This document shows, piece by piece, positions 58,733-64,000 of a stretch of 64,000 nt of DNA; the first letter of the stretch is position 1; each line of letters starts with the position of its first letter. Source of the stretch: a virus; the IMG/VR virus record IMGVR_UViG_3300027749_000039, positions 64,001 through 128,000 of that record; one strand, 5' to 3'. A program made the position numbers and the translations under genes. A model generated the notes under the pieces. That model was not told the DNA's origin, searched no databases, and worked only from the letters and a program-made list of their open reading frames with translations.

Positions 58733-59386
58733 ATGTCAAAAATAATACCAGTAATCCATACTATTAATTTGGAACAAGTTCAATATAACGTCAATTTATG
58801 CCAGGCTAACGGTATAAATGACGTTTTCCTCATTTCACACAAAGTCCGTAATTGGAAAAAAGCAGTTTTTGATTTTCAACTATATTTAGATTGGATTAGA
58901 ACTACATATCCTACTATAAAAGTAGGAGTTAATTTCCTACAACTAGATACTTTACCTGCTGTTGCGGAATCTTCTATACTTGGTTTTGATTATTTGTGGG
59001 CGGATAAATCTTACTTACAAAATAAATCAACTTTATATATTGCTGAAGAGATTGCTGAAAATAAAATTACACCTTATTTTGGTTGTGTCGCTTTTAAATA
59101 TCAAAAGCCAGAAGAAGATTTAGAATGGAGTTGTCTTAAAGCAAAAGAATTAATAGATGTAGTTGTTACTTCTGGTGATGGCACTTCATATGCGCCAGAT
59201 ATTGAGAAAATTAAAACTATAAAAAGATTTATTGGTGATAAACCATTAGCAATAGCAAGTGGTATATCACCGGAAAATAAATCTATGTATAAAGAGTGGG
59301 TAGATTACTTTATGGTAGCATCTAGTATAACAGATAACTATGAAAACATAATAGAATCAAGATTGAAAGATTTAATCAACTTTTAA
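58733..59386 (+). CDS. BtpA/SgcQ-family TIM-barrel protein
   Basis: IIPVIH, VGVNFL, YFGCVAFKYQ, VVVTSGDGT, LAIASGISPEN, FMVASSI. Confidence 0.75.
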   Translation: MSKIIPVIHTINLEQVQYNVNLCQANGINDVFLISHKVRNWKKAVFDFQLYLDWIRTTYPTIKVGVNFLQLDTLPAVAESSILGFDYLWADKSYLQNKSTLYIAEEIAENKITPYFGCVAFKYQKPEEDLEWSCLKAKELIDVVVTSGDGTSYAPDIEKIKTIKRFIGDKPLAIASGISPENKSMYKEWVDYFMVASSITDNYENIIESRLKDLINF

Positions 59387-59423
59387 TACTTGCATTTGTA
59401 TAAAAATAAAAATAACAATAAAT

Positions 59424-59747
59424 ATGATTTTAGAAGTAAAAGACGGTAATTTAGAAGAAATTATTAAAGAAGGAGTCGCACTTGTTGATTTATGGGCACC
59501 ATGGTGTGGACCTTGTAGAGTATTAGGTCCAATTGTAGATGGTTTAGCTGTTGATTTAGAAATGGCTGGTTCCGCTATAAAAGTAGCTAAAATGAATGTA
59601 GACGAGAATAGAGATGTTGCAGTTGAATTAGGAGTCACAAGTATTCCAACTATTCTTATTTACAAAGACGGTGTAATTGTAGATAGAGCAATTGGTGTGA
59701 CTCAAAAGCCAAAATTGATGGAAATGTTAGAAAAATATACTAACTAA
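59424..59747 (+). CDS. trxA: thioredoxin
   Basis: LVDLWAPWCGPCR, KMNVDEN, SIPT. Confidence 0.96.
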   Translation: MILEVKDGNLEEIIKEGVALVDLWAPWCGPCRVLGPIVDGLAVDLEMAGSAIKVAKMNVDENRDVAVELGVTSIPTILIYKDGVIVDRAIGVTQKPKLMEMLEKYTN

Positions 59748-59755
59748 TAAAAAAT

Positions 59756-59786
59756 TTTGTTTTTCGATTTTTATTTCTTATCTTTG
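59756..59786 (+). promoter_or_regulatory. Bacteroidota-type promoter (TTTG-N19-TATCTTTG)
   Basis: tttg 59756-59759, tatctttg 59779-59786. Confidence 0.8.
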
Positions 59787-59801
59787 TAAAAAGAATAAAA
59801 A

Positions 59802-60878
59802 ATGAACTTTTTAGACGAATTTCTCAAATTAACTGCATATACTACGCCATTTAAGCAAGAATCTGATTTAGAAGACTATCTTAATAGCAAAATCCCTGGT
59901 CTTATGAAAGACGCAATCGGTAATTATCATAAAATTATTGGTGATAGTGAAACACTTTTTACTTGCCATCTAGATAATTATTGCCGAGATAAAAGAGCTG
60001 TCACGCATGTTATAGAAGATAATATAATTTGCACTGATGGACTAACTATACTAGGAGCTGATAATAAAGCAGGTGTATTAGTTCTTATATACCTTATAAG
60101 CAATAATGTCCCTGGGCATTATTGCTTCTTTATTGGTGAAGAACCAATTGAATCTGGTGGACTTTATGGTTCTACTTTATTTGCTAAATATTATAAAGAT
60201 ATTAAAAAATTTAAAAGAGCTATTGCTTTTGATAGAAAAGCTACTGGTTCAATTATTACTAGGCAAATGGCTCAAACATGTTGTTCTAATGATTTTGCCC
60301 TTGCTCTTTGTAAAGAATTTAATGATTATGGATTATGGATGGAACCAGACGAAACTGGGTATTATACAGATACAGCTGCATTTTTAGAGCTAATACCAGA
60401 ATGCACTAATATATCTGTTGGCGTATATGACGAACATTCTACAGAAGAATCCATAGATATAGAATATCTAGAAACAATAGCCAAGACAGCCGTCCTAATA
60501 GATTGGGAATATCTACCTACACATAGAACACCAAATTCTTGGATGCCCCTCGAAAATGAGGGTGATGCTATTGTTGCACCTCATATCGAAACGGTGAATC
60601 AAACTTTATATAAAGCAGTTAAATCTATTTTATCTAATTTTAATTTCCGGTGCATGAATAAACTAGACTTTAAAAGTGGTAAAACAATGATGTTTAATAA
60701 TTGGTTTTATGATCTACCATTAACCGTAATTATTAGAAATGCTATTATTACTATAAATGGTAATAGAATACCTATACATGTTGGGCGGAATCAGTTTATT
60801 GATCCACAAGATATACAACATATAATAGAAGGTACAGTAGAAGTAGAGAATATTAACAATTTTGATTGGGATTTTTAA
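59802..60878 (+). CDS. M20/M28-family zinc peptidase-like protein
   Basis: TCHLD, LGADNKAG, FIGEE, AIAFDR, YTDT, NISVG. Confidence 0.75.
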   Translation: MNFLDEFLKLTAYTTPFKQESDLEDYLNSKIPGLMKDAIGNYHKIIGDSETLFTCHLDNYCRDKRAVTHVIEDNIICTDGLTILGADNKAGVLVLIYLISNNVPGHYCFFIGEEPIESGGLYGSTLFAKYYKDIKKFKRAIAFDRKATGSIITRQMAQTCCSNDFALALCKEFNDYGLWMEPDETGYYTDTAAFLELIPECTNISVGVYDEHSTEESIDIEYLETIAKTAVLIDWEYLPTHRTPNSWMPLENEGDAIVAPHIETVNQTLYKAVKSILSNFNFRCMNKLDFKSGKTMMFNNWFYDLPLTVIIRNAIITINGNRIPIHVGRNQFIDPQDIQHIIEGTVEVENINNFDWDF

Positions 60879-60880
60879 AA

Positions 60881-61318
60881 ATGAGTATAAATAACAAAAA
60901 AGCATATTACGAGTATTCTATATTAGAAGAATATGTAGCTGGGCTTAAATTATTAGGTTCAGAAGTTAAAGCATTGCGTGAAGGTAATGGCAATATTAAC
61001 GATACATATGTTCTTATAATGGACGATGAAGTATATGTAAGAGGCATGTATATTGCTAAACATAAAGAGTCATCTTGGATGAATCATGAAGAAGTTCGTG
61101 ATAGGAAACTGCTTTTAACTAAAAAGCAAATCAACGATTTAAAAAAAGATTTGAAAGTTAATGGTATTACCATTGTTCCTATTAGCCTATTTACTATGGG
61201 TGGTAAGTTTAAACTTAAAATAGGTGTAGCAAAGGGCAAAAAGAATTATGATAAGAAACAATCTATCAAAGAAAAGGATATTAAACGTCAAACTGATAGA
61301 GATTTAAATAATTACTAA
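60881..61318 (+). CDS. smpB: SsrA-binding protein SmpB
   Basis: NKKAYYEY, AGLKLLGSEVKALR, RKLLL, IVP, GKKNYDKK..IK tail; start at MSINN. Confidence 0.96.
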   Translation: MSINNKKAYYEYSILEEYVAGLKLLGSEVKALREGNGNINDTYVLIMDDEVYVRGMYIAKHKESSWMNHEEVRDRKLLLTKKQINDLKKDLKVNGITIVPISLFTMGGKFKLKIGVAKGKKNYDKKQSIKEKDIKRQTDRDLNNY

Positions 61319-61555
61319 ATGAAACATACAGAAAAACTAATCCCATTTGGATGGGATGACTGGGAAGAACATGATATATTACTTAATTCTTATTATAATG
61401 TTGAATTTACAGAAGATTTTGGTGAATTTAAAAAAGGTGAGAAATTTTCCTCAATTACTGTAGATTACATTAAAGGTATAATCGAAGCATTTATTGGTTC
61501 TCCTAGTGATGATTTAAAAATAAAAACAGTTGCCTTTAAAGCAACACCTATTTAA
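61319..61555 (+). CDS. hypothetical protein
   Basis: ORF directly after smpB. Confidence 0.55.
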   Translation: MKHTEKLIPFGWDDWEEHDILLNSYYNVEFTEDFGEFKKGEKFSSITVDYIKGIIEAFIGSPSDDLKIKTVAFKATPI

Positions 61556-61556
61556 A

Positions 61557-61647
61557 AAACGAATGTTAAACCACTTGATCATGGGATAGTAGGATTGGTA
61601 TCAATCCAAGATTAATGGCTTCTCAACCCATTTCTATCTATTCGTTT
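61557..61647 (+). ncRNA. candidate structured RNA element 1 (three-way junction)
   Basis: gatag/ctatc closing stem, UA, ggattg/caatcc hairpin, AAGAU, aatgg/ccatt hairpin; outer aaacgaat/attcgttt. Homologous to element 2. Confidence 0.5.
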
Positions 61648-61649
61648 AT

Positions 61650-61729
61650 AAAGCAAATATGACAGTAGGCTAAGCCAAAGTGCCGAGATAATTGGTAAGG
61701 CACACCAATTCTGTCTATTTGCTTTTTTT
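61650..61729 (+). ncRNA. candidate structured RNA element 2 (three-way junction, possible pseudoknot, ends in a U-tract)
   Basis: aaagcaaata/tatttgcttt plus gacag/ctgtc, UA, ggc/gcc, GAGAU, aattggt/accaatt; loop ggcac complements gtgcc. Confidence 0.55.
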
Positions 61730-61731
61730 AT

Positions 61732-61762
61732 TTTGTAAAGTCAAATATTTTTCGTATCTTTG
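61732..61762 (+). promoter_or_regulatory. Bacteroidota-type promoter (TTTG-N19-TATCTTTG) for leuS
   Basis: tttg 61732-61735, tatctttg 61755-61762. Confidence 0.8.
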
Positions 61763-61776
61763 TAAAAATTACAAAA

Positions 61777-63045
61777 ATGAACAAATATATTACAGTCATG
61801 TTTCCTTATCCGTCTGGTGACGGGTTGCACATAGGACATGTATATAATTACGCAATAATGGACTCATATTGTCGCTATATGCGATATATGGGCAACGAAG
61901 TATATCAGCCTTTTGGGTTTGATGCCTTTGGTTTGCCTGCAGAAAATTATGCTAAAAAAGTAGGTAGAGATCCAAAAGATGTCACTTATGAAAACATAGA
62001 AAAGTTCCGTATTCAAATGAAACAAATGAATACTAAATTTGAAGAAGTATTGATTACTTCGGATCCTTCCTACCAGAAATGGACACAATGGTTGTTCATG
62101 AAATTGAAAGAACATGGGCTGGCTTATAAGAAAGACGGTGAAGTAAATTACTGTCCTTCTTGTGAAACTGTATTGGCTCGTGAACAAGTAAAAGAAGGTA
62201 AATGCGAAAGGTGTAGTTCTGTTATTGAGATGAAAACTATGAATCAGTGGTATTTTAAGATTACTGATTATAAAGAACGCTTGATTAAAAACTTGGATAA
62301 AATAGATTATCCTACTTCTACTATTAATGCACAACGCATGTGGTTGGAAAACTTGCATGATTGGTGTGTTAGTCGTCAAAGAAGTTGGGGTTGTCCTATA
62401 CCTATTGAAGGCGAAACAGACACAATGGATACATTTGTCGATTCATCTTTTTATTTTATCCGTTATTGTGACCCATTTAATGAAAATGAAATGTGTGCCA
62501 AAGACAAATATAAACAAGTTGATGTTTATGTTGGTGGTAACGAACATGCTTGTATGCACTTGATTTATGCAAGGTTTATTAACATGTTCTTGTATGATAT
62601 TGGTGTAGTTTCAGAAGAAGAACCTTTTCGGAAGTGCATCCATCAGGGAATGATTCTAAACGAAGGCGAGAAGATGTCCAAATCAAAGGGCAATACTATT
62701 AATCCAGATTCTTATGACCAGGACACCTTAAGATTCTATCTTATGTTTATCGGACATTACTTTGATGGTGGTTCATGGTCTGATCAGAATATAGCTGGTA
62801 TTAATCGCTTTATTAATCGTTTTAAAGAGTGGATGTCAAGAGAGGGTGATGATGTTATAGATGTGCCATCTTTTAAAACTAAAATATCTAATTATACAGA
62901 ATCTTTTAAGTTTAATAAGGTTGTATCTGAATTTATGACATTGGTTAATAAAGAACGGATAAAAAACTTGACCGCAGATTCTAAAGAAGAGTTGATTTCC
63001 ATCTTGGAGATTTACATGCCTGGCATAAGAAATAAATTAATTTAA
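61777..63045 (+). CDS. leuS: minimal leucyl-tRNA synthetase lacking the CP1 editing and C-terminal domains
   Basis: MFPYPSG..LHIGH, GFDAFGLPAEN, Zn finger CPSC/CERC, DW.VSRQR.WG.PIP, DTMDTF.DSS, YVGG.EHA..HL.YARF, KMSKSKGN; 422 aa. Confidence 0.9.
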   Translation: MNKYITVMFPYPSGDGLHIGHVYNYAIMDSYCRYMRYMGNEVYQPFGFDAFGLPAENYAKKVGRDPKDVTYENIEKFRIQMKQMNTKFEEVLITSDPSYQKWTQWLFMKLKEHGLAYKKDGEVNYCPSCETVLAREQVKEGKCERCSSVIEMKTMNQWYFKITDYKERLIKNLDKIDYPTSTINAQRMWLENLHDWCVSRQRSWGCPIPIEGETDTMDTFVDSSFYFIRYCDPFNENEMCAKDKYKQVDVYVGGNEHACMHLIYARFINMFLYDIGVVSEEEPFRKCIHQGMILNEGEKMSKSKGNTINPDSYDQDTLRFYLMFIGHYFDGGSWSDQNIAGINRFINRFKEWMSREGDDVIDVPSFKTKISNYTESFKFNKVVSEFMTLVNKERIKNLTADSKEELISILEIYMPGIRNKLI

Positions 63046-63046
63046 T

Positions 63047-63355
63047 ATGAAACACAAAGCACATAGAGCGAACCCGCAATATTATTTTGGCGAAGAAACA
63101 CCTTGTCATAAATTAGCAAATGATCTTATGGCTAATTTAGAATATAGCGGAGTGCTATCTGATGCTTTTTTAAGCTATATTTACACTAGTTTATTTAATA
63201 TGATATACTATCACGATCATAATGATTTAGCTAATGGTAAGCAGTTATATAGCGATATAAACGATTTTTTAGATAGGTATTCTCTATTCTCTGATAGTTA
63301 TAAATCAACTGTTAGACGTCCATTTTTATTAATATTAAATTCAATTGAAAATTGA
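63047..63355 (+). CDS. hypothetical protein
   Basis: ORF. Confidence 0.5.
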   Translation: MKHKAHRANPQYYFGEETPCHKLANDLMANLEYSGVLSDAFLSYIYTSLFNMIYYHDHNDLANGKQLYSDINDFLDRYSLFSDSYKSTVRRPFLLILNSIEN

Positions 63356-63558
63356 GATTAGATAGAATGCGATGGTTTGGTCCAGCAAGACCCGAAGATA
63401 AACCAGGTGTAGAAGGTTGGCGACATAGCAGATTATTCAAAGTAGTTAGGCATCAGGGTGCTAAAGCTCTTCGTGCTATAAGCAAAAAATTATGTAAGGA
63501 ATCTATATCAGATAATGATATAGATTTTCCTACGTCTAAATATACAAGAAATCACTAA
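63352..63558 (+). CDS. hypothetical basic protein
   Basis: ORF; start uncertain. Confidence 0.45.
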   Translation: MRLDRMRWFGPARPEDKPGVEGWRHSRLFKVVRHQGAKALRAISKKLCKESISDNDIDFPTSKYTRNH

Positions 63559-63803
63559 TGGATATAAAATTAATAGGCATTTGGAATGACTCAGCAAGTG
63601 ATAAACCATTTTTTTGCGGATTACCACTAATTGGTCAAATATATGAAGGACATTTAGATCCTGATACAAACAATTCTTGGCTTGTAGTGACTACCAGTAA
63701 TAAAATTGGATATCGAATATTTCCAAAAGAATTTCTCATGCCACTTGCTGAATGGCGAGATAAACAAATAGATTCAATTTTACAAGATGACGAAGAAAAA
63801 TAA
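63558..63803 (+). CDS. small protein with C-terminal LAEWRDKQIDSILQD tail
   Basis: Shared tail motif. Confidence 0.6.
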   Translation: MDIKLIGIWNDSASDKPFFCGLPLIGQIYEGHLDPDTNNSWLVVTTSNKIGYRIFPKEFLMPLAEWRDKQIDSILQDDEEK

Positions 63804-63963
63804 AAAACCACGAGATATAGTTAAAGAAACTGAAGAATATTTAGTTTTCCTCAAAAAACGCTTAGATTCGGCTAATTATAAAGCGAATGTTTCAAAAGAA
63901 GAATATGATGAAACAAAGGCAAAATATGATAAGGTTAAATTAAGATTAAAATTATTAAAATAG
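63787..63963 (+). CDS. small basic helical protein (58 aa) missing from the ORF track
   Basis: MTKKNKKPRDIVKETEEYLVFLKKRLDSANYK...LKLLK*. Confidence 0.55.
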   Translation: MTKKNKKPRDIVKETEEYLVFLKKRLDSANYKANVSKEEYDETKAKYDKVKLRLKLLK

Positions 63964-63997
63964 TAGTATTATATATATCATGATGTTGACGATCTTT
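63962..63997 (+). repeat. 36-bp element containing TATATA-N4-ATG (inverted copy at 11404..11439)
   Basis: Exact match to the reverse complement of 11404-11439; ATG at 63980 opens MMLTIFN, which runs off the window. Confidence 0.9.
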
Positions 63998-64000
63998 AAT

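Noticed and set aside
61557-61729. Hammerhead, HDV/theta, twister, glycine or purine riboswitch identity for the tandem elements
   Set aside because: The diagnostic cores are missing: no CUGAnGA/GAAA, no P3/L3 with catalytic C, and no purine J2/3 or glycine GGAGA/CCGAAG. Only the general topology is similar.
60881-61776. tmRNA (ssrA) or tRNA next to smpB
   Set aside because: No GGGGxxG 5' end, T-arm GTTCRA or CCA acceptor arrangement. I saw no tRNA cloverleaf anywhere in the window.
62330-62420. Intron, frameshift or assembly deletion explaining the missing CP1 in leuS
   Set aside because: The frame is continuous and the junction reads as a plausible class Ia motif. Several separate domains are missing, which one deletion would not explain. 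Read support should still be checked.
1-64000. Alternative genetic code (stop-codon reassignment as in some megaphages)
   Set aside because: Standard code gives dense, full-length conserved genes, including 7-kb ORFs, with no fragmentation at TAG or TGA.
1-64000. Bacterial chromosome or eukaryotic giant virus origin
   Set aside because: Host-like genes are isolated from their normal operons and interleaved with T4-like genes and virion-type proteins. Bacterial sigma promoters, GreA and SmpB argue against an NCLDV.

Overview
This very AT-rich, gene-dense window is best read as part of a huge (jumbo/mega) tailed phage genome. Supporting genes include a T4-like UvsX/RecA, a gp46/SbcC, a RuvC-like resolvase, a gp20 portal-like gene, ThyA, an NAD-dependent ligase, very large Asn/Ser/Thr-rich virion-type proteins and free-standing endonucleases. 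About a dozen intergenic TTTG-N19/20-TAnnTTTG promoters match the Bacteroidota primary-sigma consensus, so the host is probably Bacteroidota. A second signal, TATATA-N4-ATG, precedes putative late genes, several of which begin with a T4-like capsid-targeting peptide. The window is rich in translation and quality-control genes: a stand-alone Smr nuclease, Pth2, SmpB, a bS1 homologue, an archaeal-type AspRS, YqeY, GreA and a 422-aa LeuRS lacking the CP1 editing and C-terminal domains. Two tandem, mutually homologous structured elements (candidate ncRNA motif) lie between smpB and leuS. Other highlights are a LAGLIDADG intein inserted at the catalytic Cys of GDP-L-fucose synthase and duplicated promoter-plus-gene-start cassettes (86-bp direct repeat; 36-bp inverted copy 52 kb apart). 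A shared R-x3-I-D-x-I-L tail appears on several small proteins, and an ECF sigma factor sits next to an outer-membrane beta-barrel gene. I saw no tRNA, tmRNA, rRNA or CRISPR array. All family assignments come from motif recognition by eye; no database searches were run.
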